Assembly: GCA_008632985.1 (NCBI GenBank)
Contig: QPGO01000098.1
Span: 62,001 to 126,000, forward strand
Source of the DNA: Psammoneis japonica
Taxonomy: Eukaryota
Reading direction: 5' to 3'
DNA: 64,000 bases
Shown: piece by piece, positions 23,018-37,942 of the stretch
How the letters are laid out: each line of letters starts with the position of its first letter
Numbering within the stretch: the stretch's first letter is position 1
Notes under the pieces: generated by a model
Database searches by the model: none
The model's input: only the letters and a program-made list of their open reading frames with translations
What the model was told of the DNA's origin: nothing
Made by a program: the position numbers and the translations under genes

Positions 23018-26000
23018 TTTCTGTTTTCGCAAAAGCGCGATGGAAAAATGGATGACAGCACGCAACAATGACACCAGTGCGTGCGACGTATGAACAAGTG
23101 GTCCAACGCAATGAGCGAGCGCGCGAGGCATCTGACTGAACCACCCGTTTGCTTCGGGTTGCAGCTGCATTGCCGGAGACATGGATGGGCAATGTTCAAT
23201 CAGCATCACATTGGCTGCCGACCAGCCTCTCACTTCCAGCGTGATCATCCCACAGCATCTGTGGAGACTTTGAATTCTTGTGTGCTAATTTTTTCCTTGG
23301 GGCAGAGCTTTTTGTCAGATTGCCGGTGGCAGCCACAAGCTGAGGAGCTCTCTGCCCACCAGCGACAGTGGACAACATGTGTGCCAGCAAAAAACAGCAA
23401 GAGAAGATCTCAGAGAGATCATCTTGACTGTCTTAAAAGTGTCTGCTGACCATCATCTGCCCACAGTCTGACCTTGCATAGAATCAGCTGACACCCTCTC
23501 CTGATCTGGTGTGTCCAATGGTGCAGATCATGCAGATCACAGACAGAACAAAAAGGGAAGGCAACAATCACCACAGGGCTGTTTTCAGAGGGTCCAAAGA
23601 TGGAATCAAGAACACAGTCCTGCACAGTGGACCCAGCTCTCAGGCAGGTGCGCACCCTGTGCACTTGCTTGTGGAGCCCAATGAGGGGAGGGTTTGGCCC
23701 CGCCGAACCCAACAAGAAGGGTCCAAGCAACAAGGTGGAGACCAACTTAGCCCAACAAGAAGGCCACACGACAAGCTGTGGGTCATTCTTGCCATTGTGC
23801 AACCCAACGAGAAGGTCGGAACTGAGGCACATTGAGTGCACAGGGAGCACATGGGGTCTCCCGCTGTGACGATTTTGTGCAGAGTTTGACCATTGACAAC
23901 TGCTCAGGGAGCGCTTTTATGTGCAAGACTGAGGTTCCGCAGCACTTTTTTACACAAATTTTGTTCATGAAGATGCACACAATGGTCAAATGTTGTGGGA
24001 CAAAGCACACACACATGGCGCTTTCCTCCATCATGATGGAAGTCATCGATCTTTGCAGCTGTTCCGATGATGCATCATGCTCTTCACTTGATCTGTGCTT
24101 CAAGTTTGATGACAATTGTGCAGTTCAAGACAGCTTTTGGTCTCATGATGGGGAAAGAGTGCTGTCACCATGGAAAGCTTCCACCCAAATCCAGCACGCT
24201 GATGTCATTCCGTCGCAGTTTGGGAGCGATTTGTTGTCAGATGAAGCCTCAATGCACTCTTGGCACATGGAAAAAAGTCACGATGTCATCGATTGAAATG
24301 TCAAAAGCAATTGAGGCACGTTTTCTGTCTGAATCCAATCCATCGCAATGATGCCATTTTCATTTTCCTGCAGCTGCAAGGATGTCCAGTTCTTTTGCTG
24401 TTTCCCACCATCAGTTGATGTTTTTGATGGCGGGTGACCCTTTTGGATGACCACTCCATGCTTGATTGACTCTGCAATGCGTGCATGTGCTCATTGCATT
24501 GCGTTCTGCGCAATCTTGTTGGCTTTGGCATGATTTGCACATGCACACCTCTTGTGTGATGTTCTGCCAGGAAATGCAGAAGCTGGCATGTGTTTGCCGT
24601 GGGTCCCGAGTTTGAATTTCACTGTCTGCTTTGATCTCATTTCCGGCTCAATTTTCTCATCCTCACACATTGGTTCATTGATCATGTTGACAATGGCAAA
24701 CACCAGAAGTGCAACAGTGGCTGCCAAAGCTCCAGCAGCATCAGCATCAAGGACAGATGTGGGCACGACACAGTCCGAGTCAGTTTGCGTGTGCAAAGTT
24801 GGAAACGACAAGAATCGGCAAGTTGGTTTTTCCATGGCTCCATCACATCCTCCCAGCAAGTGTTCTCTCACAACTGCTGCCTGTCTCCCTCTCTGTCTTT
24901 CCTTGTGGCAGCATGGCACAACATGCATCAATGGAAAGCCCCAACATTGGTCAGCTTGTCCAGAAAAGAAGGCCCCACCATCAAGAGTTTGCATCGATGT
25001 GTCCATTGGTTCCATGGTGAAAGCTTTTGCTCCATGACTCAAAATGGCATCTCACCATTGTTCTTTCTGTTTTCTCTCTTCACAGATGAACAACAAAGCA
25101 TGTGTCAAAAGGCAGACATGGCCGCAAATGAGACACCATGGATCTGCCATCACCGCTGTGAGTGTTGTCATCAGAAGTGTTTGCTGTGTCATTGTTGGCT
25201 CAAAATTTGCGCCTCACCATTGTTCTTTTTGTTTCCTTTGGTGCAGAGTGGAGATTGATGCGAATCAAGCCAACGGCAGAATTGTGCTGCCCCCCAATCC
25301 ATGCACAAGGTCAGCAACACTTCTTTCGTCACGTGTTGGTGTTTTTTCTTCATGTTGTTGTCTCACAGATGCTTTTCTTTCTTTGTGCAATAATGTGGCT
25401 AGTTCATTGACTGTTGCAGCTGTTTCCACGTCCCAAGCATCTTCCAAGGATGGTGGCAATGCAGCAGCGGCATTTGCTGCAAACCTTCCTTCCAAGAATT
25501 CCTCCCCCAAAGACACACTGCTGCTTTCATTGGTTAAGATTCAGCTCTGCATGGCACCAAAGCAGAGACCAAGGCAATCAATGACCTCACCTTCAACACC
25601 AAGAAGCGTGAGAATGAGAAAGTGCGATGGGAAGCTTAATTTTTCAACTCCATGAGCAAGCATCCCGCTGTCCGCTGCCTTGCCAAGTTCATCAATGTGC
25701 GCGGTCATGCCAAGCCTGTCAGACGATTCTGCATTGTTTGTGCTGGTCTCAAGATGTTTGCCAAGTGAAAAATCATCAACGCCTGCCTCATTGTTTTCAG
25801 CATTCCTTTGAGGATGCACCTCACTGACAAGTCCTCCACATCCAGCATGTCTGCCAACAAATGCACGCCCTCCACATTGCTCAAGATCCACAAGCATCTT
25901 TTTTCAGTCTTCCAGTCCAAAGGTGTTGTGCATTCTCTCACCAAAGATTTCAATGGCAAGGGTGGCTTTCAAGGCCATTGGAAGACCCAAATGGATGCCA

Positions 26001-27504
26001 CCGCCCAAGCCCGTCCCGGATGTTACACCAACAAGAATGCGGTGCACTTCAACCCCAAGGCTGACTAGAAGATCCACAATGTGGACCCTCCGCTTGACCC
26101 CATGAACAATCTAGAGCACATGCTCATGTTGCTCATTCACCTGCATTCTGCAGCATTCATGTTGTGAGCTGGAGAAGAGGAACGTCATTCAATTTGCATT
26201 GCTGCTTGTCTGCTTCCAGCTGACACTCACACAGTTGTGCTTGTTTGCTTTGCACGCCATTAGATTGCCAAGCTTGAAGCAAGGCATGGCAAGTTTGGAG
26301 TCAAGCAAGATGGCCCTTGCAAGGGCTGCCATTTGATTGACCTAGATTTTGGCCGCAACGTGGACAAGGCATTGAAGCTGTCCCTCAAGAACACTTCCTT
26401 TTGTGAGGAGGAAGGTTTCCACGACCATGTCGAGAATCCTTGGGATCCATTTTGTGTTGTTCGGCTCACGGATCCCTGTCTCAATTGTTTTTGCCCCCCG
26501 GGTGTGACGGGCCACTTCTTTTTGTCACCCAGCACCAAAGAAGGAACTCAACACACGTCTGTGTGCTTTGGTTTTCAACTCGTTTGTCTCTGCTGTCATT
26601 GACAATCCATTGCTTGTGCTGTTGAACTCAGAGACGTGCAAGACTCATCCCACCCAAGACCCACCAAGTCAACATGACTCCCGGTGGTGTTTTTGGCAAG
26701 AACTGCCCCAACAAGGTCTCAAAGAAGCTTGCCCTTCCACGCAATTTCGATCAGCCGGAGAAGAACACGGCTCATTCCAAGAGGAGGTTTGGCATCTCCA
26801 AGTTAGCCAATTCAAAGGAGGCCATCTGCAGGAAGGAGACAACTGGTGCCACCCCTCACTCCAGTGAAAGCACTGCCGCCATTCATCAAGTGCCGAATGA
26901 AACTGCCAAGGGCAAGTGCTGCAGAGCATTTTTATTTGGTTCTGATGATCTTGACTCCCTGTCTTCCAATTCATCCACCAGCTCATCTTCCGCCCGTTCT
27001 CTGCCAGTTGTTCTTCCTCCTGGTCCCACATGCTTGCCCATTCTTGCTCCTGGTCCCGCCCATTCTTTGCCCATTGTCTCATCTTGACAGGAGCCAAATG
27101 CTGGATTTGCCAGCGCTCCTGCTCAAGCAACACCTGTCGCTCCTCAGCAAGCTCCCCAGTCCATCGCACTGTCCACCCTTCAAGCACAGTTGACCACAGC
27201 AACAGCTGTTCAGCTCCAGCCAATGCTCCAGCAGCCTGTGCAAGTTGTGCACTCCTCCAACCCGGCTTTTGCATGCCCTCTGCTGCAGCAAGTGCATCCG
27301 CTGGTGCAAGTGTGTCCGTCTGATGCCTCAGCTTTGTCTGCCTCAGCATGTGCATCCACCGCAGCAGGTGTGCCCTGTCCAGCAACTGTGCCAACCACTG
27401 CAGCAGCTGCAGGTGCATCAAGCACCACTGATGCAGCAGCAGTTGCACCAACTGATGCAGCAGCTGCCATGGCCACCTCTGCCGCTCACTCATGCTCATT
27501 CCGA

Positions 27505-27808
27505 CTCTCCTCTGGCAAGAAGTCTCTTGACAGGCATGTGTCCATCTTGTCCACAGCTTGCTTGATGATGTCAATCAACATTTGTGTGGCACTCACCTCA
27601 TTGTTTGCTCCATCTGCTTTTCATGTTCCTGTGCCTCACTTGCTTCCAACAACTTTTGGTCTCGCTGCTTCTGTGCATCACTGCCAGTGCTTCTCTGACT
27701 CCTCCAGCAAGAAGACTCTTGACAGGTGCGTGTCTACCTTGTCCAAAGTTTGCTGACATTGTCAATCATCATTCATGTGCTGCTCACCTCATTGTTTGCT
27801 CTGTCCAT
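27505..27808 (+). repeat. Two degenerate direct repeats of about 110 bp
   Basis: gcaagaag(t/a)ctcttgacagg...ctcacctcattgtttgctc at about 27505-27615 and 27698-27808. Confidence 0.7.
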
Positions 27809-28049
27809 CTTTTGTCTTCCTCTCCCTCGTTTCTTTTTTCCCGCGACTGCGTTTTTCGTCATGCTGCTGTGCGCCACGCTTGGTTTGCTCCTGATTTCAT
27901 TGCCATGGTTTCATGCAACCTTTCCATGTGCGTAATTTCCACATAAATGCCTCACATGTAGAGCACCAAAATGCTGTCAAATTGCATGGCAATGGCCATT
28001 GACGGTTTTTAGAATTGCCTGGGGCCACCCACACTCGAGCAGTGGGAGG

Positions 28050-29990
28050 TGGGAGTCCCCAAGTGCAAGTGAGTGGACAAGATCAACCCATGGGAATGGG
28101 TGGAAGAAGATGGAAATGATGCCTCAGCAGTGCCCATGAAAGCACCGTCAGGCAGTCAATGGTGTGAGCTTGTTGACATCCAAAAATGATCAGATCTTCA
28201 TGGTTTGATGGGATCGCCCATGAACACATCCCATCCTTGGACCGTTGGCCGTCAAGATTGAGCAGACTAAAGAATGGGTTGAGGTCCACCCAGCAAATTT
28301 GAAGTGACGCAATTGCACTCCTGATGATCCAGGAGTCTGCTGCCAATTTCTTCATCAAACTGCCGATGGCCAAAATGAGTTTCAATTGGGCTCAGTGGTG
28401 GACTCTGACAAAGAGGCAAAACGATTTGAAGAGATGCAAAAAAACAGAGCAAAAAGATCAGAGAAGACCAAGAGGAAAAGATTCAAGATCAAAGAGCATT
28501 GGCAGAAGCAATTCAATTGATGGAGGTGAATTTGGGTGACTGCAACTTGTGCGTGAATGGAAGCAACCCAGATCATTTCTTGGGATTTTTTTCTTGATGA
28601 GACGGATCCCTTACAGTGAATCTTTCCAGCGGTTGATCTGGCTGCTGGACTTGGAGTGCAAACAACCCGCCAGCTCTTTGATTTCAAGAACCGCTCTGTC
28701 GCGCAACAGTTGAGTGGATTGCTGTTGATCCAGACATTTTGGGCACCAAATCTGGGTTCACATGTTTGAAGAATGAAGCAAAGACGAGGGAGCCTTTGTT
28801 TTGGGATGAAAAGACAGATGCTTCTGTTTTTTGAAATGATGCAGTTCAGCTCAAAGGCTTGTCAACTGAACAGTTGAATGACAGGTGTGCCAAATTTTTT
28901 TGTCATCAAGACCCGATGGATCCAGAAAGATGTGGTGCACAGTTGCTCAGCAAAGAGCTGCATCTCAAGAAGAAGAAAATGAGTGTCAAACGTCAAAATC
29001 TGTTTGAAGCCCCCTGTGCTCCCACGGAACGTAAAGCCTTGCTGGCAATGTCCAGTGACAAAATGCAGAACTTTTTCAGTGCTGACCTTTGTAGATGTGC
29101 ATTGGACATGGATGTCAATTGATCGGAAATGTGGTCCAGCCTGGGGCATTGGTTTGGAAAATGTGCTTTGGTCACCTGGGTGCTGCTGGCTTGTGGTCAT
29201 TCCTCACAATCTGGATGGAAGCAGTCACTGGAACTTGCGTGCCACCTCCTTGACTTTGGAGGTTGTTTTGTTCAACTCAATGAATGGCATTTATCTGAAG
29301 GAAATGGATGTGGGAACTGGACGGGAATGGAAGCTTTTGTTTGTCAGAAAGGAGTGACCATGATCATTGAAGACAGCAAGCAATTGCATGACAAGTGGAA
29401 AGGATTGGAAGTCTTTCTCTGGAGAAAAGTGAAGCCCGGGTGCAATCGGAAGGAGGTTTGTGACAAGATTGCTGAGAAACTAAAGGAAGAATTGACATTG
29501 AGGAAATTTTGAGAGAAATGAAGTCCTTGGGGAAGAGCTGATGAATGATCCATGGATGTTCCCGCATTGTCTCATTTCACTTGTAGTTGACCGCAACCAG
29601 TGCTGCAAAGCACAATGGAGATGAGTGTTTTTGGCACCAATGAAAGACAACTGCATTTGCATGAACAATGATTGCCTTCATGCAATGTGTCCAGCGTTGT
29701 CCACATGTCATCTGTGGAAAAAGATCTTTGCTGAAGCCTTGCCAAAAATTGCCACAATTAAATGACAATCGCCCCCTTGACAGCCCTGAGCTGCTGAGAC
29801 ATCACCTGCACCGCTGGATCCCGCAACAACAATGGGCAATCCCAAGGGACTTGATGGAGTGCTGAGTCCCCAGTTTGCCAGCCAGTTTTTGAGTGAAACA
29901 AGTGGAGCACAAAGCGGATTCTGGTGAAAGGATTCACTTCCAAACTGCCACAGCACACACCAAGCACACAGGAGGAACAGAAGTGGAAAT
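28050..29990 (+). repeat. Old duplicated segment, copy 1 (relic of an unknown gene)
   Basis: Colinear matches to 33390-35310, e.g. atggtgtgagcttgttgac, atccagacattttgg, gaatgaagcaaagac, gtcattcctcacaatctgg. Confidence 0.8.
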
Positions 29991-32900
29991 GAGCTCAAAT
30001 GACAACAAAACAGGTGTTGAGCATCATTTTTAGCGCTTTGGAGTGCAAAACAGTGCAGCTGGAAAGAGCTGTTCTCTTTGTGACACTTGCAGCAACTGTG
30101 GCACCACAGTCAACAAGACAGCTGTGTCCTGTTGTTGTCAACAATTCTGTGGTCTCCTCTGCTTCCTGACTGTGCAAAGCAATGTCCGCACTGTTCGGAA
30201 CTCTGGATCCAGAAACAGAGAGAAGCCCTGCAATGAGGTTTGCCAAAATTGCAGCAACAAGCAAAAATTCCATGGCTCTGGATGGAGCTTCAGCAGGCTG
30301 CTTGCTTGGTGCCATTGCTGGAGGAGGCGCAACATGCAGACCTGCACTCCCATTCATCATCTTTGGTGCATGCACATTTTGGATCCCACAGCACAGTGCA
30401 GGTTCCAGGTTCTCTGGCACTGTCCAAGCAATTTGTGAAATCTCTTGCACTGCTAAAATGCTTGCCCCCTTCTGGTGCAATGGTTTTCCCAAAAGCAGCT
30501 GGACTGCTGAAGTCTTGTTTGCAACATGCCAGAAAGTCCATGCAATGCAGCTGAAGAAGTTCAGGGTCTTGTGTGGAGGAAATGCAGCAGACAAGCTCAG
30601 ATTCATTGGGAATGCTTGCATCTGGAAACTCTTTGAGTGCAGCTCAATTGCCAGTGTCATCGCAGGGAGCAAATTCTGGAAGCCCAGTTTGACACGTGCA
30701 AGTGTTGTTGCAAATGACAGTGCAATTCACCACAACATTCCATTCTTGGCCATGAAAGAAACTGTCATCTGCTGCAAAATGAAAGACAGCAGTGTTCACA
30801 AAGCAGCAGCAGCTGTCAATGCACAATGGTGCAAATCATGCCATTGCTGTCACAGGCATTTCCTGTGCTGTTGTCACCACAACATAATTTTCACATGTGG
30901 CAACCTGAAATCACATTTGTGGGCAAAATGGCACAGCACTGTCTGGTTGTCATGCACTTTTGACAAGCCAATGGGGGGTGGGGAGCAAAATTGAAGTCTT
31001 TTCTGGATCATGTGCAAGCACTGGTGTGCCATCAGCTGTGACCACAAGTCAAGTGAAAGCAAGACACTCACATTGTCTTGTCTTCAACATGCAATGCAAC
31101 TGATGGAGCATCTCCAGCACACTCAGCTCATGACATGTTCTCGCTCCAGGTGATGCACAAAATGACAGCCCATTTTGAATGTCAGCAGTGTGTTGTTCAC
31201 ATGTAAAATGCTCTCACAAAAAACACTTGTGTGGATGGGCTTTTGCAGGTGTCTGCAGCATGGACAGTCAAACATTGTTTTTGCAGCACTGAAGTCATGA
31301 AATGCTCATCACAAATTGCTCAGTGGACTCAACGCTGATTGTGCGACAGCACATTGGGTGTGGCAAAGTCTTTGCAAGTGGAGCTCCAACCAGAAAGCAC
31401 CAGCAAAACATCAACATTTGAACACATCTGTGCTTTTGGTGGCAGAAGCTTGGTTGCAAGTAAGAGACTGCACAAAAATCATGCAATTGTTTTTGTGCAC
31501 AATTTGGTCAATGCGCAGGAGCTAGCTGGGACACAACATGCCCCACCCCAAGTGGCAAGAAGTCAATGCAGCCTTCCAGAAATCTGTGGAGTGCTCACAA
31601 CACTGCAGTGCCTGACCAAAACTGAGACCGCAGACTGTGTGTGCCTCAAATTCCTGAGCTGTGATCCAACCACATCTCTCACACAAATGCCACACAAAAC
31701 AGCACCAAGGTGCCACATGGAATGAGGACCTGTGGCATGATGAGAAAGAGCACAGACCATGAGTGAGTGCATGTCTTGCAAAAACCAAAAAGTCTTTCCT
31801 GCAAAAGGCAACAACAGCTGTTCAGCAAGAAAGACAATGCCACTGAAAGACAATGATGAAAAGGCACACACTTTTTAATGTCATTGCTTGCAAGGTGCAA
31901 CAGGCAGCAAAGTGCAATGACACAATGAGTCAGCACTGACCAAAAAGCAATGATTTTGCACTTGCAACCAACCAATTTTTTCTGCTCCAACCATGGCATG
32001 CTTCTGTCACAATTTCAACCAGAATCCAGTGGCAAAAGTCACATGTGCCAGTAGGTTCAAGCAGCAGGGTTGCATGCTGTTGGAGTGCAAAGCCTCAGCC
32101 TGCACATGCCTGGAGAGCATGCAGCACACCAGCACCACACCACCTGCATCAAATGCATCAACACCTGCACTGCTGCCCAGGTGGCATGCTGGAAAATGTT
32201 GCTAAAATCTGCATGGGAAGTGCAGGATGGGCTGTGCACAAACTGCTGGTTGAGCCTGGCCCAACTTGTCCCCCCCCTGCAGCCCCCCCCCCCCCCCCCA
32301 AGGGTGCCAGTGGCTGGGGCTCTGCACACCAGTGAGTCCTGGGGGAGACAGGCACAGGAGGCCAGGCCAACAGCACCTTGACCAGGGCTGGTGTTCAGGA
32401 TCATGGCTGAAAAGATCCTTTTGCTTGCACCAACACTTGTCTGCTGGTCAATTGCAGTGAGCATGAGAGCGCCGTTGGCTCTCTGAATTCTTCACCAGAA
32501 GGTGGCCTCCCTCTCTCATCTTGTCTGCTTGTGCACACCCATGGCATGCATGACTGCATGCCAGTTGCACAGCACAGCGCACACAAAAATGGAAGATTTT
32601 GGCATTGCATTCACTGCCTGTCAAAGACTGCTGGCTGTCACTTTCATTGCTTGTTGCTGGTGAGACTGCACCTGCCTCTCACCTCTGCTTGGGTCATTTG
32701 GCACAGAGCATTGTGGACAGCAGAAAAAGTCCAGTCATTTGCAGTGCCTGTTTTGCCATTGTGGTGGGTGATGACAATGATGAGGCTGAACCTGCTCTTG
32801 TGGATCAACTTGAAATTGTTCAAGATGACTCTGGAAGCAGTGAAAAGCAAGCACAAAGCAAACCAAGACAACTCTTGAAAGGCACTGGGGTGCCTTGCAT

Positions 32901-33389
32901 TTGCAGACATGGTGGCAGATGTTGTGCAAAGAAGTTGAGCATCATGTCTTCCACAAGAGTGTCACAATGAAGTGACCCAAGAAGCATTGAAGAGCTGCGC
33001 TGAAGGTTTTTAAGAACAGGTGAAACCACAGGAAGCATGCACAGGAGACTGCAGAACAGAAGATCTTTTGGAGGATCCCAGCAGTGCAAAAAAGTGCTGG
33101 ATCTTCCTCACAAAATTTGTCTGGTGGCAATGAAGAGCAACACTTCAGAGGTGTTGGAATGGCTGAGAGAGAAACAAGCCCCATGTTTCAAAAGAACAAA
33201 TTGGTGCCAAGAATCCTGAAAAAGTGTGCCAAACTCTCCTCCATGAGGCAGAGTGTTGAAACTGAACCAGCCTCAATTCCCTCCTCCTGCAACTTGGTGC
33301 ATCAGTGGACCCACAAAGCAGTTCTGGCAATGACGCCCCTTGACAAGCTTGTTTGTCAATGGAAGCTGAGCCAGAAGCTTGGCTCTTGT

Positions 33390-35310
33390 TGGAATGGGGT
33401 GCCAAAATGCAAGTGAGCAAACAAGAGGCATTGACATGGGAGCTGGCCAAACAGGAGGGAAATCCCTCTTTGGCAGCACTCATGAAAATGCCAAAAGTTG
33501 CTTGATGGTGTGAGCTTGTTGACCTCCAAAAATGATTGGATCTCAATGGATGGATGGGAGTCACTCATGAACACATCCCATCTGTGGGCCATTGCATCAT
33601 CAAGGTTGAGCTGGTTGACTCAAGAGTGGGTTTGGGTCTGTCCAGCTGATGTGAAGCAACATGATTGCACTCCTCAAGATGCAGGAGTCTGTCACCAGCA
33701 TCACCTGGACAAAGATGCTGATGGCCACAATCAATTTCATGTGGGCTCAAAGGCAAGCTGTGACCAAGAGGTGAGTGATTTAAACAGATGCAAAAAATGG
33801 AGGGAAAAGATCAAAGAAGAGCAAGAGGACAAGACTCAAGAGCTGAGCTCACAGGCAAAAGCAGTTTGATTGACAGAGGTGGACTCGGGCAACTGTCACC
33901 TGTGCATGGACTGACATTTCAGTGAACTGCTGTCAATCCAGACATTTTGGTCCCCAAATCCAGGTTTGCATTTTTTTGTTGAATGAAGCAAAGACAAGAG
34001 AGCCCTTGTTTTGGGACATGGAGAATGATGCTTGCTCCTGTTTTTCAAAATGATGCAGCTCAGCTGAAGGGCTTGTCAACTGAAAAGTTGATTGCCAGCT
34101 GTGCCAAAATTTGTCATCAAGACCCAAACAATGATCCAGAACAATGTGGTGTGCAGTTGTTCAGCAAAGAGTGGCATCTCTGGAAGAAACAATGAGTGTC
34201 AAATGTCAAAATCTGTTTGCAGCCCCCACCACTCCCACACAGAGTGCAAAGCCCCATGGGCAATGTGTCCAACCATGAAGCACAGGACCTCTTCAATGAG
34301 CTTCATGTGCTTGCACTGAATGTGGATGTCAGCTGACTGGCAAAGTTGATCCAACCTTGGACATTCATTTGGAGAACATGCACTGGCAACCTGGACACCA
34401 CCAATTTGCAGTCATTCCTCACAATCTGGTTTGGAGCAGTTGCCTGAACTTGTGCACTGCCTCCTTGCTGGGGGGTTGTTTTGCTCAACTTGACAAGTGC
34501 CATTTGTTTGAAGGAAATGGGCATCGGAGTGCAATGGCAATGGAAGCTCATGTTCATCAGAAAGGGATGACCATGATCATCAAATCCCACAATGAATCGC
34601 ATGACCAGGAGAAAGGATTGGCCACCTTTCTCTGGAAACAAGTGCCACACAGTTGTGGTTGGATGGCTGCTTGTGGCAAGATGGCCAAGAAAATGCTGAG
34701 AGAAAGCAGCAAATGATCCTTGGGGAAGAGCAGTCAGCTGATCCGTGGGTGTTCTCATGTTTTCTCTTTTTGCTTGGAGTTGACCACAGTGCCAGTGCTG
34801 CAAACAAGCACAGTGGAGGCTGGTGTTTTTGTGCCATCAAAAGGCTGCAGAATTGACTTGAGAACTGGTTGCCTTCATGCTGGCACATGCAATGCATCTC
34901 TCTCTCCACCAGCCAGTGATGGGTCCCTCTGCCAGAGTTGTTGCTTGCACATGCACACTTGCACAATCAGTGCATTTCATGCTTGTGAAATGGGTGAGCA
35001 TGTGACAACAGATGACTTGTGCACCTCTGGCACATGTTGCACACATGCAACAGATGAAAAAAGGACAGTTGCTGAGGTCCAGCCAAAGCTGCCCTCAACA
35101 AAGTGTCAATCACCCCCTTGGTAGCCCAGGCAGCTGTTGAGATGTCACCTGTGCTGTTGGGCTCCCACCACAGCAGCTGTGGATGACAAAAGTCTCCATG
35201 GTGAACTTTGCAGAGTGTCCAGCTTGCTGTCCAGTGTTTCCATGAATCTCTTGGTTCACAAAGAAGCACACACAAAGCACCAACAATGAACAGAAGCAGA
35301 AAAGAAGCAG
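33390..35310 (+). repeat. Old duplicated segment, copy 2
   Basis: Colinear with 28050-29990. Confidence 0.8.
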
Positions 35311-37942
35311 AGACAAGGTTTTTTGCAATGAACCCGGTGTCAAGCATCATTTTTGTGCCCGGACTTTTCTTTGAGAAACACGTGCATCAACCCCATTTTT
35401 GTCAACATTGTTGACCAGTTGAATTTTTGGCTGCTTGTTTTGACTCGAAAAGAGGTGCAGTGCATGCTGCAGTGCCACTGTGCTGTGACAAAGAAGTTGG
35501 GTTGCAGCAGGTAGAATGGGGCAGGTGCAAATGGGAAACCATCAAAACTGCTGCTCTCCTCCTCTGTGGGGCATCACCTGGGCCAACAGCCTTTCTGTGT
35601 GAGTGATGAAGATGACAGTGTCAAAGGAAGCCAGATGGACAATGAGTCAAAAGAGCAGCACAGCCAGATCATGACAGAGCAAATGGTGAGTTGAGCAGCT
35701 TGTGCAAAGTGTGGGTCCACCCTCAATCATCAAACTCACTTGCTGTCTCTTTGCACCAATCAAGCAACAAAAAAGAAAATTCTCTGTTGGCACAAGATGA
35801 TGGCAGCTCAGATCCATGTGAGTGCAGAGAATTGTGAAAGAATGGGCACTTGTTTCATTGAGTCCTTTGCAACTTTGTACAGCCACCTGCTCATCTCAGC
35901 CTTTGTTTGTTGAGGGATGTTGCAATGGCGGAAAAATGATTTGACAGGTGTCACAAAATCTTGTTCTCTGGCCCCACTGCGCTGGTGTGCTGACAGTTGA
36001 AAAGAACTTGCAGAACAATGGACTCCCCTTGTCAAAAACCTTTTCTGTCAGGGATGACATGGAGTCATTTGTTGTGCTCTGTGGTGTCTGCAAACTGCTC
36101 CATTCACTCCATGAGTGGTCTTGCTGCTGAAACCCAGCCTTTTGTCATGGCAGCATCTTCATGTGGTTGCCACATGTGCAATCTACGTTTGACCCCCTCT
36201 CACAGTGTTTTGGTGGGTCTTGCTGCAGCAGCTGGTGGCCCAGCTCTCCCATCTCTTCTTTGGCTTTGATGCCCCACCTTGTTTCATCCCCTTCTCCTTC
36301 AGACTTGTGTTTCCCCAAAATGCAAGAGCGCCTTTGTTTTTGTTGAGGACATGTTGACCAGGTCAAATGTTGGATCATCCTTTGACATGTGTGCCTTTTT
36401 ACATCATTCCAGCAGAGATGACTTGAGCTTGGCAGTTCTTTCAATTCTTGTCCATTGTGTTGGTTGCAAACCCAAGAGCCACCCCCAAAATGAAGTGTTC
36501 AGAGTGACAGCACACTTGCACAAACTTCACTCCAGCCACAAATGACTTTTCTGGACTGGCACTTTGGGCATGCTCTCACTTGTTGGCTGATGCCATCAAC
36601 TGCCAACTCAGCAATGCAGGAAACACAGGATGCACTTGGGCACCATTTTTACAGCACCTGGCTCCAGCCCTGCCATTTTGAAGAACAACTCTTGCAAAGT
36701 GTGAGCCCAAGTCTCAGCAGTTTCTGTTGTTTTACCCACTCACTGTTTGCAAGGCAGCTGTTGCACAAGTTTGAGGAAAGAAACTTGGCAGGTGCAACTT
36801 CCACACTCTTTGTGACAGACTCCTCTGTTGCAGGCAAATCAAAAGAGCTGACCTTGGTGTTTCAGCAAGATTGTTTTGTGAAGTGCAATTTTCAAGGTTC
36901 CAAGGGCAGGGTGCAACTGGCCAACTTTCAACACATGTGTGCATGTGCTTGAACGCAACCTTTTCTTGTTGTTGCACCACATTTTCAGGACAGAATGACC
37001 TTGCAAGTGTCAAAATGAAAAGTGAGCAGTTAGAGACATCATTGTGGTTTTGACCATGGCAGCTTGGGAGCAAGATTGCAGAAAAATGTTCACCAGCAAG
37101 TGTTGTTTGCATTTTTAACATGTTTGCCATTTGTGGGGATGCACTTGTTTTGCATTCATTGGAGTGTCAACACCCACCCACTTGTTTGCCACAACTCAAC
37201 AGGGCTCTGTGAGAAAGTGATGATGACATGCTGGCAATGACACGGCATGACTGCAGTGCTGAGAACAAGGAAAGTCAGAGAGAAGTTCCTGCAGCATTTG
37301 AGCGCAGCTCTTTTGGCCATGCCCCATCACTCTGAATGGCACCTGCAATTGTGCCCCACAGAAGTGGCCCAGTTGCCATCCAATGCTGGGTTAGAGACTT
37401 TTGCATTGACCAAAAAGACACACTGCAAAATGTTTGACAGCTTGAGAATCTTTGCCTCCTGCTCCCATTGTTGCAAAGGTTGCCATTGTCAAGAACAAAA
37501 GAAGCAAGCAATGGCACAACAAGAAGAGTCTCACAAAAGTGGCCCTCCCTCTTCTCTCATTCAGAGGGGTTCTGTGTTGAAGCTGCCAGGTCTTGGTCTT
37601 GGTGGCTGTGTGTCATTCCCACTTAGATTGGGATCTCCATCAGGTTGTCAGCAATGCTCATGCTCAGCACAAGCGGGGCCCCCCTCTGCCAACCAACGAC
37701 ACTCAGATTGCACATTTCAAAAACCTCATTGACTTTGACAAAGACCATTTTGCACATTCTCTTTCTCATTTTCGTGGCTGCAACATCTCTGCCACAAGCC
37801 GACAACTCTTGCACCATTGTTGTTTGCATTTGCTGCTGTTGCTGCAGCTCTTGGCACCATCTCCACTTGTGTGCTCTCATGCACAAAAGTGTCAACACCA
37901 ACAGCCCCACGTGCGCCAATGCTTCCAGAGCACTGATTTGCC

